From Bispira polyomma (taxonomy: Eukaryota), in NCBI GenBank assembly GCA_965649765.1, contig OZ287748.1:68386001-68450000 (forward strand): DNA of 64,000 nt, given 5' to 3'. The number at the start of each line of letters is the position of its first letter. Position 1 is the first letter of the stretch. Below the pieces are notes generated by a model. The model did no database searches, was not told the DNA's origin, and worked only from the letters and a program-made list of their open reading frames with translations. A program made the translations under genes and the position numbers. Shown in pieces: positions 23,801-35,410 of the stretch.

Positions 23801-26800
23801 AACAGCCCGGTCTAGACCTTGACTGGAACATCCACTGCAGAACATACCTGGATATTGATTTAAGCTTTATACAAGTAGAAAAAAAAACATTTAATGGTAA
23901 TTTAACATACTCACTCAGTGTACTTGTATTATATTTTTGCAGCTGTGCGTACCTCTATTATCATCCAGAAGGTAAGTGTAGCTCTGTGTGCTGCAGTCAT
24001 CTGTCTCCTGCTCCTGTTCCAGGCCGACGTCAAGTCTCTGTGGGACGGCTGGCTCTATGTGCTGTGTCAGGGACTAGTGGTGGTATTGGCCATAATAGCA
24101 GAGCTAGCTACCATGTCCTACCTGAGGATAGAGCTGGAGAAAGACTGGTTCATTGTGGTGACAGACGGAAAGAAGGCAAAGTTAGCCAGTAAGTGTGCTG
24201 GGAGGGTGTGATGAGGGTGTGATGAGGGTGGAACATACATAGCAAGGCTGTAAAGAATCTAAACTTCACCACATACAGTGGAAGCCCTATTATCCATTAT
24301 ATATTATTTGGATAACAGAAGGTGTTTTTCAGCATAAAACAACAGGGAAAACATAAATTTGGTGTAGTAAAAAAAGAGTTAATAGAATCATTACTGTATC
24401 TACAAATGAGTAAAAGAGGTAAAACTGTAGCCAAGAAAAAAAATTTAACAAAGTTAAGAGAAAGACTATTAGTATTGCATAATGATTGTGCATTATCCAT
24501 CCTTATACCTAGGTCTCATTTACATGGATGGCCGTTATAAACCCATCATAACCGTCTTTGTATCAATCAGTGACTGAACATTGCAATTTTGTTTCAGGTA
24601 CGCCGACATTACACTTCAGAAACTCTACGGTTTCATGGCATCTTTGTCTTTGCAGTGTTAATGAGACTGTGCTACTCTATGCGGATAGCACTTGATTTAA
24701 ACAGTATTAGAACAAAAACATACAATAAGTGCAGTAAACTATCATGTAAAGTATGAGTCATTTATAATAATATCCCTAAAATAACTGAATAAATATATTT
24801 TAATGTTCAACTAAGCTATGACCACCAATCCAGTTCAATGTCGTTCCAATTAAGTTTGAATGTGTAGGACTATAAGTAAGACTAAACAAGCCCTTTATGC
24901 ACCGTATTGTAATTGCTATCTTCAATTTAGTTAAGCACCATAGTAAGTTGTGAAAACTACAGCCTGTCTGTCGTAAATCAAGATGATGATGAACAATAGG
25001 CTAAGACCAAGACTGATGGTTGATTAGCAACTATAATGACTGAGTTACATGTCCTTTCATCTCTGTCATTAATTAGCTATTTCTTGGTGACATTTTAATT
25101 AATAATGTTGCAATTGCTGTCTTCGATTAAGTTCAGCACTGTCGTAAATTGTAAAACTACAGCCATCCTGTTGTAAATTAATATGATGAATGATGACATT
25201 GTCTCAAGATCAGTCTAAATAGTTGATTGGCAACTATAGTGACCGAGTTACATATACTTTCAACATTAATTAGGGATTTCTTGCTGGCATTTTAATTCAT
25301 AATGCTGCAAAGTTAATAAATCACACACTGAAGCACTTGAACTACCTATAATATTTAGCTGAAGTAGAAAGCCACTTGAAATAGATAAACATTAGTAGCA
25401 ATAAATCTAATTTCTATTTGTAATAACTCACGTCATAGTACAGCTAAGTGGGGGTTATAATAACTTAGTGTAACTATCATTTCCAACGATGACAAAATGT
25501 AATATGGCCTTCGACGAACCTTTTTTGATGTTTGTAGAGTTGTTAACTAGTCAATGAATGTTATGTAGGTTAATTAATAATGGATGTACCAAATATTGTC
25601 AACTTGGACTGAACTGTTATATGTGAAGCCTGGGACGCAAAGTCCACTAGCATTTACAATTTCTGCAGTCTAATTTGTGCATAAAGATACAGTTATATAT
25701 AGTCTTTAGAGATAATGAATTCTTTGTTTAGAGGTCCAGTAAAACCTCTCTTATCTGAGATTTTTTATGAAGTCAGTTGTTTTTTGAATTTGGAATGTTC
25801 ACTTTTCTGTTTGTTTCTTACTAAAATTACTTCTATATCATTAACCTTCTACTATACAAAGAAAAGCTAGCTCTGCCAAGGTTCATAGTGGATTAAAGTT
25901 CTTAATATGACTTTCATTCAAGATTTCGCCTAACAGAAATTTATTTCTAAACTAGGTGTACAACATTAACACAACACTCCCAAGTAAACAAATGCATCAG
26001 CATATTTGCTTATCTTGACAGAACAATCTACATCAACAAGTTATGATATGAGGTAATATGTTATACCAATAGAAGCATAAACTTCAAATATGAAATCTTC
26101 ACCAAGTTTTTGATGGGAGTAAAGGACACTTATAACTAAACTGGAGGATGTATTGTGTATGGTTTTAGTTCAAAACAAATCGAAAGATAAGAATGTATAT
26201 TTATCCTTGTACAAATAACTTAACACAAAACAACATCATATAAATAGTTTTATATTGCTGTACATGAATTTTCGAACAAAGGCACTTCATCTTTTCCAAG
26301 AAAATAATTATTATAGAGGTAACTATATATCAGGCTGCTTTCTGAATAATGTGGGGTTCACACTATGACGGTATGGAGTGGTGGTAAGAGATGTTTTGAA
26401 AATGTAGCACGGAGAACACCCAGTAACTGTGTGTTTCCACCCGTTTCCAAGTATTTCCGAGTATTTCCAAGTATTTCCGTACCACTACTGTAACTCTTTC
26501 ATGCTAGCAATCGTTTATTTTCATGTATTTCTGTCTGTAAAACTTATCTAGATAGAAGTAGAGGGGGTATATTTCGCCTAGATGGAACAGCCGATTTATT
26601 AGGCGGAAAGACAAGTTGCAGTACCTTCTTCTACCTTTCAGTACTGCCTACTATACCTCTAATGTGTGAACGTAGCATAACATGTTGGATTTAGTTCTAG
26701 AATACGATAGTGTAAAAGGATAACGATAATCAGCAGTTTGAGTTCCATACTGTTTGGGAGATTTAACACCTGAAAAAAAAAGAAAGGAATAGAATAACAC

Positions 26801-29800
26801 CCCATCGTCTTCTGAAGTAATTAAAATAAGATCACTGCATTGTTGCATAACAGTAGAGGACATCAAATATTCCATTACATTATTTTACCACAAATGTTCC
26901 TTGTGCATTGTAATTTGCGTGGTCAAGTATATTAGTAAATATGAAAATATTATAGATTGCTAGTGTCACAATTTCATTGTTGTCTTTCATATTTATACTA
27001 GATGTGATTGTAAGTATTTTTAAACAACTGTATGATCAGTATGTCTGTTAAAAAATATCTCGTTTGCAAATGTCCTGTAAGATATAGTCTGTATATTTTA
27101 GATAACCATCCAGTTAACCACACATATATTGCCAACATAATCAATTTACGTCGTTTCCATCCACATTCGTAGAAAAGGGTTTGGAAGCTTTTTCTATGGA
27201 TGTGGACGCGAATGACGTAAATCGATTGTGTTTGCGGTATATATGGTCATATGTATGGCTAACTTCTTTGAATATATATACAGATATGTACACAGGTACA
27301 GGTGACCACTGATAGGTCTAGTTCTCCACTTAGGCAACTTTCAAGTTCTCCGAAAAGACTAGTTCTACAACATTATAGTCTGGTTTGTTATCAGTAGGCA
27401 ATTGTGTTCACATCTGGCCGTAGGATGTTATCCCACTAATTAACTTAGCAGCATTAATGGGATTTAAAACCTGGAGACCTTCTGATCGACAGACCAGCTC
27501 CCCAAACACTATTACCACAGAAGACAACATCTTTTGTAGCCTTCACAAGGTGCACTTCCCACCTTCCCAACATAGGATATGACAATGCTCCATCAGCCAT
27601 TAATATAATAGGATATATGAGTTGTTCAGTAGAGTTTCGGAAGAGAGTAAATGAAACTTCTCTCTGTATCACTGAGTTCAAACCCGGGGACCTTCTGATC
27701 AACGGACCAGCTCCACAAACACTATGGCCACAGGAAACCATGTGTATATGTACATGTCTGTATTATGTTTTCACAGATCTCAATGCCAGCACTCGAGCAG
27801 TTGACCTGATCACGAATATAGTGACTCCAATCGTCACTGGACAGATCATGACCTCTATGTCCCAAGTGATTGCTGGGGTAACCATAGTAGTGTGGCATCT
27901 GCTGGCCATAGTCATAGAATTTATCCTACTTACACAAATTTACAAGAAGGTACCACAGATGGCTCAGAAGAATACAGGTTAAGATTTTTATTTAAGGTAT
28001 AACGCATGACAAACAAGGTATATATATATACAGCATTTTATGATTCTAACATGACTATTCTAACATGAAACAGAATTGTAAAAAAGCGCAATATCAAATC
28101 CATTATGTTATGTTATATTTATGACTAATTCCAATAATTACCTGAATCCTACTACAGTTACTGCAATATTACGTTCCTGGGGGAACTATTTTCCTTTGGG
28201 CCGAAAAACCCAATGAGTATATACTGAATTTTACCAAAGCTTTCGGCCAATCAGAATCACGGACACATCCGTGTCACGTTAGACGTTAAAAGAATAAAAC
28301 AATTGTTCGTACAAAAAGCATGTATGGCTTAGACATTTAGGCAGAAAATAGGATTTTTCTGTCGGCAAGTCAATTGTGTAGAGTGTGATTTTCTGGTATG
28401 CACTTTAATGCAGAATTATACACATAGAAGATCCAGAAAGTTCCGCGAATGCACCAACTGTTTCAGGAAAACATTCAAAAACGTAAAAAGTTTACAAAAA
28501 AAAACGGGACATTAAGTGACCATCTTACTCACGTATGCTTACGTTTACTTAAGTACTGCTTACATTTCATTATGTTTCATTACATTTTACCTCACGTTAG
28601 CCATTTTTTTGTGCGTAATCGAAACGTAGGCCCAGTGTGACCAAGGCATTAAGCTGTAATATGATCAAACATTTTACAGTCTTGGCTCTTCAACGGAGAG
28701 GTGTGACTGGGCTATAGTAAACACATTTTGCCAATCTCTTTTTGCCATCCCTGAATTGTACAGTACACCTCTGAATAGCAAATACCTCCTTAATAACAAA
28801 CATTTTAGCTGGCGTCCTGTGAGTGTTCACTAATATGAAAGTTTTACTGTCCATTTACAAAAGAGCAAGAAGAGCAGCAACATCTGAATATCACTGAGGA
28901 GAAGGAGATGTCCATTAAGCCCCGGTCAAGCTCAATGAACGGCCATGTCAATTCCCACGAAAACCACATGGACAAGGAGCAAGAAGCCAACCAAAGTGAT
29001 GGGCAAAATAAACATGGCTGCTGTCATGTGATCTGTTCCCCTTGTACTATATTGTGGACTGGCTGGAAGACATATGCAAGGCAGTTGGTTGTGTTTGCTG
29101 GCTTATCTCTAGCACTGTTGTACATGACTGTACTTGGTTTTGATGGCATTACAGTAGGTAAGTGATCACACAAATAGGCTTGGCAAGCCATATTTCATGT
29201 ATACTGGGGGTATGTGGGGGTAGGTATTGTTCTAGTCAAATTTGAGTTAGTCTGGTGAACAGAATGTTCCCAGTTTGACTCTAAATTTGGGGAGTTGGTG
29301 TGGTGATCAGAAAGTCCCTGGTTCAACTCTTGGTAAGGCCATAATGGTCATTGAAGAATAACATCCTTGGGCAAGATATGAACATATCACTGCCTACTGA
29401 TGAAAAAAACATTTGCAAAATTTTTGTGTAAATTATGTAGGAATTGAAAATTTTAATGAAGTGTAAATTTTACCATTTCTTTACCATCTGTCAAAAAACC
29501 CACAGTACAATACAAAAATGTGTCACAAGTGAAAGGATTCATAGGAATTAACTGTCAATATTGGTCATTTATAGTTTTAAAGAAATATCACTGGAAATTA
29601 ATTATCACTATTTAAAAATATTTGCTCAAAATATTTAAAAAATCAATTTGTGTTGAACATTTCCACTAAATACACATATTGTCTTTTCCTGTTATCAGGT
29701 TATATCTATGGCAATGGTATTCAGGAGAATATGGTTGGCGTGGTGATGGCAGTGGGGAGTTTAGCAGGGGTGCTAGGGGCGTTTCTCTACACACAGTTCA

Positions 29801-32800
29801 GAAAGTGCCTGGGTCTAGAACGTACAGGCCTGGTGTCCTTGACCTGGCAGAGTTGTTGTCTGATTCTCTGTGTGTTGTCCGTTTGGTTACCAGGCAGTCC
29901 CTTTAGACCAGAGACGCTGTGGAAAGGTCACCAAGAGGTCAACGCTACATCGGGAGAAGCAGGGGACTTATTATGGTGCAGCAATACAAGCCAAATATTA
30001 TTTACGCACAGTGATAACAGTGGCAGTAGTAAGAATGAGGCTACTATTTTAAATGCATTCAATAGCAGTTATAGTGACTTTGACAGTCTTAATGTAACAA
30101 CACTTGGAGGAAATGCCACAGACTGTACTGCAACTGAAGCAGAAGGCTCGAGCATCATCAGTCAATCTATTACAGTATTTCTGGTAGGAATTACTAGTTC
30201 GAGAATAGGTAAGTGAGTTACCCTGTTAAGAGTATATGTGCTATTCATAATATCTGTAAATATATTATCATGTAAATTTGGAGAAAAACCATTAGTTATT
30301 TTGAAAATGTAAGCTTATTTTGTGACCTAACTACACACAGTATGGCATATTTGTCATTAAGTAACAAGTACAGATTCTTCACTCTACCTCTGGTGGCCTA
30401 TTTAAGCAATTTCCGGTAAGAGGCATTTTGGGATAAAACAAGAGTTCGGACAGAGGAATGAGTTTCATGCAATCAAATATTTAGACAATAGAAAGATTGG
30501 ATAAAATAGAATTAAATGTACTGTGATAAATTAAAGATCAATACAGTTATCTATATCTTCCATTTATAATATATATCCATATATCATTACTTAAATCTTG
30601 AAAAAAAACATTTGATTTTACAAACTCAACAAGATTTCTGCAAATTTTATCAATATTTTATCAATATACCTCTTAATTACTAATTTTACCAAATAATGTT
30701 CCTCTTAATTACTAATTTTACCAAATAATGTTCCTCTTAATTACTAATTGTACCAAAGAATGTTTCTCCTAATTACTTATTTTACAATATTCTTCTTTAT
30801 TACACAATTAAGGTCTACAGTGTAGCTTATTTATATAATTAGCAAATGCAAAAACGGTTTAGAGCTAAAGAAGACACCAGTAAATTTTGGACCGGATCAG
30901 GATGACAAGAAGCATCCGAGTATTTTTAAGCTACTTATTTGGCACTTTGGTGCTTTGGAAGAGATATAACTCTGACATGGTTGTTTCATATAATCTTATG
31001 CCCCGGTCACACATTGATGGTAATTAAGGTGGTGGTACTTGAAGTTAGCAGAAGATACTGTAACTTGTCTCGCCGCGTATTAACTCGGCTGTTTCATCTG
31101 TACAAAATATACCCACTGAAACTTGTCCAAATAAGTTTTACAGTTTGGAAAAAAGGGGAAAAGATGATTACTACTATGGTAGATTTACAGTAGGGAAACG
31201 GAAATACTCAGAAATAGTCAAAAACAGGGGGAAACCGGAGAAAGAGTTACAGTAGTAAACAGAAATACACGGAAATAGACACAAATAGTCTGAAATGGAG
31301 GAAAAACACGATTGCGGGGACAAAAGACTTTACAGTAGTAGAATTTTTTCGCCTTTTTCTGCTTTGGTGAGGTGGAAGTTTTGATATAACCAAAATCTCC
31401 GCCTCCCATGGCCAACTGTAGAAGATTTGGGAAGGAAGCCAAACTTTGGGGAAGTTATAAGATAGGTTTCCCAGTGCCACAAGGTGATTTCAAATCGTCT
31501 CTATTACCGCCTTTCCATACCGCCATAGTAATACCGGGGCTTCACTCATTTAATACGTTAGGCAGTAGTTTCCTATCTCCTTGAAGGAGGTTATGTTTTC
31601 ATCTGGGTTTATTTGTTTGTCTGTCACCAGGTGTGTACACAAAAATTACTGAACTAAGTGACATCAAATTTAGTTGAGCGACAAATAAAGTATCTATTAA
31701 ATTTAGGAGAAGATCAGTTTAGTAAAAGTGTTCAGGAAATTTTTTGAAACTGTGGTGCATTGGAGGAGGATCTGCGCTCTACTGATTGCCCTTCTAGTTT
31801 TGATTACGTGTACATTGACAAAAAACAAATCTCAGTCACACACTTCTAATTTTACACGGGAAGCTGTAGTGAAGTGAAATGGGGATAATGTTCACTTGAA
31901 AACCGTTATCATGCTAAATTTCTACCTTTTTATGCTTAATTGTTGCTGAGTCATTACCTTATATAAGTTGTTCCGATTGAAGAAGATATTATTATTAGTC
32001 AAGTGGCGAAATATATATACTTCTACTTACGCCAGATTTACACTTAAACAGGATAGATTTTAAAAGAAACAGGCTTTGACTCTGGGACTGCTGGTTTCTG
32101 TCAATATAAAAGGAAATTGACTTAAAAGTGTTTTACTTAAATGGTTTCAAAACTGTAGTGGCTCTGTTGTGAATATGAAAGGTTTATATGACTGTTCAAA
32201 ACCGTACATTTATAAAATCACTAAATCCTGTCATTGACCATATTTTATTGTGATCTTATGGTCTAAATTTCTTCATACAGATACATGTATTAAACTCCCA
32301 ATTCAGCTGCACTTAAAGTCCTAAAGTCCATTAAGTTGTCAATGTGCATTGCCTTTTACTCTGTTTTGTCTGGGGGAGACCAACTGAAAATTTGTCCTTT
32401 TTTTGTGAAATTCCTCACTGTTATTTAGAATAGCCATCAATTCGACAGAATATACTGTCTATCTGTCTATCCCAGTTCCAAGTCAATATCATAACTGAGT
32501 GATACATATACAGAGAGAGGTTTCATTTACCATCTCCCTAACTGTAGGAAATTAACATATTCAATCAAAGTCCAGTTTTATACAACAACTTTATTATGAT
32601 TTACATATCAGCATGCATCCTCATGCGTCTGGACAGAAATATATCTTACAATATGTAGCCATTTAAGTGACTCTGCGATATCACCAACTCTGCTGAAGAA
32701 CTCATATATCCCATATTTCCAATTCAATTTCATAACAGATATGCAAAGAGAAATTTCATTTACTTTCTTCCAAAACTCTACTGAAGAACTTGTATGTCCC

Positions 32801-34303
32801 ATGTATCCTATTATAGTAACCGCTGATCGAACAATGTCATTCCCTGTGTTAAGAAGGTAAGAAGTGCACCTTGTGAAGGCTACAAAATATGTTGTCTTCT
32901 GTGGCCAAGTGAATAGGGTGTTGGTCTGGAGATCAAAAGGTCCGGATTCGACTCCTGCTAATGCTGCTAACTTCATTGGTGAAATAAAATCCTTAAGTAA
33001 GATGCGAACATGCTATATCCTGTTTGATGATGACCCAAAGGCTATACAGCCTATACTGTGGGACTATTCCTGTCACAAAAGGAGCGGCTTAGAGGATATC
33101 ATCTATCAGTAGGGCATTACATAACTGCTACAATAATACTAATACTAATAACAATATGAGGGACCATTTCTCAAAAGAAAGTTCAGACATAAGGGTAAGC
33201 ATCTGCTTAGATGGCACTATCTTTCACCTCTGAGAACAGTGTGAGTTCTACTCCCACTGCTTCCTTCATGTAAAAAACTTTGTCAGGTACTTGCCCTTAG
33301 TTAGTTGGTGGGGTTCCAATACAAAGAGTACTTCAATGCAGTTTGATCTAACAATAAATCTAGCCATCACAATATGACTTAAGTGGCATCAAACCCAAAA
33401 TAATTCAAATTCAACCATAAAGGGCTATACAAACCGCCGACTACACTACACTGCATCACACTACAGGGGACAACATATCACTGCAAGACAGCTACATTCA
33501 CACCAGTCACGACAGCACAATACATATTCCATATAAACTACATGGAACAAACAGTGTGAACAATCAATAGGTATTATCTTATTTCTACTTTTTTGAAAGT
33601 CAGCGGTTGTAATGTAAGACCCTTGAGGGTTTTAGGATTAATTATGGAGTCTATTACACTTTTGATATCAAAGTTTTATCTATTTAATTATACAGTCAAC
33701 CCCCTTTAAGTAGCACCCTAATAAGTGGAATTACATGTTAAAAAGAACTCATTTTAAGGTCCTATGGCTATATTTGCTACCTTTAAATTAAAAATAGAAT
33801 TTACATTGTTAAGGTGTTAATAGAACTTTATAACCCCTTAAGTAGAATTTGTGTTAAGTAAGACAAATTTGTATGGTCCCTTTAGATTTGATCTAGATGT
33901 AATTTACTGAATTAATCTCCCTCTCAGTCTGTGTATAATTTAGCTTCTTTTCAACTGTGCTAATATCTGCATCTATTAATTATTCTTTTCAGGTTTATAC
34001 CTGACAGACTTAGTGATTTGCCAGATTCAACAGGAGAATGTTCCCGAAAGAGAGCGGGGTATCGTAAATGGAGTGCAGAACTCTCTCAACAACTTCATGG
34101 ATATGTTAAAGTTCATCTTGGTCATTTTTCTCCCAAGAATTGAGACTTTTGGCTTCCTGATTATCTTGTCGTATTTGGCTGTAACCACCGCATGCCTCTT
34201 TTATGCATATCACTGTTTTAGGGTCAGTCAGCATTCAATAATAAGGTGCTTAGCGGGCAAAACTGTCACAAGTACTAAAGAAGTTATTGCAGTGGATGTA
34301 TAA
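17812..34303 (+). CDS. SLC40A1: Ferroportin (SLC40 family), join(17812..17833,20572..20639,21542..21701,23943..24188,27777..27977,28864..29157,29699..30208,33993..34303), 1812 nt, 603 aa
   Basis: All introns GT-AG and phase-compatible; motifs LLY...TWGNRMWNFA, LTAIYG, GNWVD..NRL, EKDW, NA..R..D..TNI..P..GQIM, LALLYMTVLGFD.IT.GY, SRIGL..DL..Q..QENVPE.ERG.VNGVQNSLN..MD.LKF.LVI.LP..ETFG.LI.LS. Confidence 0.95.
18481..18750 (+). repeat. Three diverged copies of an about 55-bp unit
   Basis: gtaaayggctctatagaacmcaaaggtgtg near 18490, 18567, 18698. Confidence 0.7.
18764..19038 (+). repeat. Minisatellite with 32/39-bp variants (agactggttgactrYatttaa...), about 8 copies
   Basis: Visible tandem repetition in ferroportin intron 1. 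Confidence 0.85.
19407..20124. mobile_element. MITE with TIRs and many ctaag/cttag subterminal repeats
   Basis: ctgggcccgtattcactaac / gttagtgaatatggccccag; short relative at about 47633-47740. Confidence 0.8.
20572..20639 (+). CDS. SLC40A1: Ferroportin coding exon 2 (ERLGDWFRGPLFLLYINYFSVTW); not in ORF track
   Basis: ttctgttcacag| acceptor, TGG|gtgagt donor; aligns to human FLLYLGHSLSTW. Confidence 0.9.
21542..21701 (+). CDS. SLC40A1: Ferroportin coding exon 3
   Basis: tttcag|GGCAACCGTATGTGG ... ACAG|gtgaaa; GNRMWNFALG...GNWVDRTNRLT. Confidence 0.95.
22597..23348 (-). mobile_element. HINE/Helentron-like element with two internal 145-bp repeats
   Basis: Terminal hairpin gtatccac-tgatccg-gtggatac, matching subterminal gtggatac near 23305 plus hairpin gcatcag..ctgatgt; ttattattggtcctagaggt near 22996 and 23141; caagatggccgcc motif. 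Confidence 0.7.
23943..24188 (+). CDS. SLC40A1: Ferroportin coding exon 4
   Basis: ttttgcag|CTGTG ... GCCA|gtaagt; QKVSVALC...ELEKDWFIVV. Confidence 0.93.
24909..25305 (+). repeat. About 200-bp tandem duplication (2 diverged copies)
   Basis: aattgctrtcttc...aaaactacagcc...gcaactatartgacygagttacat repeated. Confidence 0.75.
27090..27281. mobile_element. About 190-bp fold-back palindrome (MITE-like)
   Basis: aatcaatttacgtcgtt..tccacattcgtagaaaag / tttttctatggatgtggac..aatgacgtaaatcgatt. Confidence 0.7.
27385..27675 (-). repeat. SINE-containing repeat, inverted partner of 32740-33035
   Basis: Reverse complement matches gaagtgcaccttgtgaaggctacaaaa.atgttgtcttctgtgg and flanks; SINE part also near 22280, 23630, 29295, 62128. 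Confidence 0.8.
27777..27977 (+). CDS. SLC40A1: Ferroportin coding exon 5
   Basis: tttcacag|ATCTC ... ACAG|gttaag; NASTRAVDLITNIVTPIVTGQIM...IEFILL..IYKKVP. Confidence 0.93.
28864..29157 (+). CDS. SLC40A1: Ferroportin coding exon 6 (cytosolic loop and TM7)
   Basis: tttacaaaag| acceptor (phase-compatible but less certain), GTAG|gtaagt donor; GWKTYARQ.V..AGLSLALLYMTVLGFDGITV. Confidence 0.88.
29699..30208 (+). CDS. SLC40A1: Ferroportin coding exon 7
   Basis: gttatcag|GTTAT ... ATAG|gtaagt; GLERTGL..L..Q..CL.LCV.SVWLPGSPF...S.TVFLVGI.SSRI. Confidence 0.93.
30668..30786 (+). repeat. About 32-bp tandem repeat, about 3.5 copies
   Basis: cctcttaattactaattttaccaaataatgtt. Confidence 0.85.
31565..31800 (-). 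mobile_element. HINE-like family A copy
   Basis: ggaggttatgtttt...ctgcgctctactgattgcccttctagtt, reverse of the family consensus. Confidence 0.65.
32740..33035 (+). repeat. SINE-containing repeat, inverted partner of 27385-27675
   Basis: See 27385-27675. Confidence 0.8.
33993..34303 (+). CDS. SLC40A1: Ferroportin terminal coding exon 8
   Basis: cttttcag|GTTTATAC; GLYLTDL..QQENVPERERGIVNGVQNSLNNFMDMLKF...; TAA 34301-34303. Confidence 0.95.
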
Positions 34304-34690
34304 CAGTCAGTGTTGTAGCATTAATGAGATTATTATCTCATCAATACTTAAGGCCATTAAGGTAGAAGTTTGTATTGTCTATTTTTCTTTTCAGAGAACA
34401 AGATTTTGATTGGTTCATTGGAGGTTAGTGACACAATAGAGGCATTTCAGTATCAAACAACAGGAAAATTTCAATTTGTGAGAGTGAAAGTGTATGTTCC
34501 AATTGACAATATTCCTATAATAGAAGTCCAGGTGCTGTAGTCACAAATAGAATTTTTTAGTCTCACCCAATCAAATCCTTTGACACATTTTCAGTAAATC
34601 AAATTGGTTGACACCAAAATTTACCAATTAGAATTTTTCTGAATACGAGCACAGAATATAAAGGTTCTACTGTACTTTGCTGATATTATT

Positions 34691-34893
34691 AGAGTAAGAA
34701 ACCTAAAATTGGCGACTGTATCTGAAATTGGCCACTAAGAAAATGTTGTGTTTTTAATAGAATTGTGGGTAATATTTGCTAAAATCAAGATTATTGTAAC
34801 TATTTTGCCTTACTTATACAGATTTTTTTGATTTAGCTTAAATTTTAGGGGTGGCGAATTTGAGATATAGTGGACAATTTTAGGTTCCTTACT
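34691..34893. mobile_element. MITE family B
   Basis: agagtaagaaacctaaaattg / caattttaggttccttactct TIRs. Confidence 0.75.
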
Positions 34894-35114
34894 CTACCTC
34901 AGAAATTAGCAAGTCATAATCAAATGTCCAATCATAGTAGAATGTCTATTATCTGAACATTTTGGGAGATTTGGTTAGGTTGATTGATGTTTTTATATAA
35001 TACAAAAGGTTGGGGGTTGTTTTCAATATAAAGAATAGGAAATTTAAATTGGGAGGGTAAAATGAAAATGTGTTTATAAAATTTAAAATTCTATTATAGA
35101 ACTTTAGATTCGTT

Positions 35115-35395
35115 AAACCACAAATTTCAGTAATTACACAAAATGACTGAAAATTTTAGTCATTACACGTAATGACTAGTGGTTTCAGGCATTACACAAA
35201 ATGACTAGAAGTTTTAGTCATTACGCGGAATGACTGGTCTCACAGATTGCCAAAGACATGCCATTTTTACTTTACTGATTACATCTTATCACAGAAATAC
35301 AATACCAACACCATGAAATTAAACCACAAATGCCAGTCATTACGCAAAATGACTGAAAGTTTTAGTCATTATATGTAATGACTGGTTTCACAGAT
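35115..35395. repeat. About 29-bp units with palindromic core agtcatt-N6-aatgact
   Basis: About six copies in two clusters. Confidence 0.7.
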
Positions 35396-35410
35396 TGTCT
35401 GTAACATATA

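Noticed and set aside
30808-30830. aaggtctacagtgtagctt resembling the vertebrate FPN IRE
   Set aside because: Intronic, pairs only around a 5-nt loop, no C bulge at the right position
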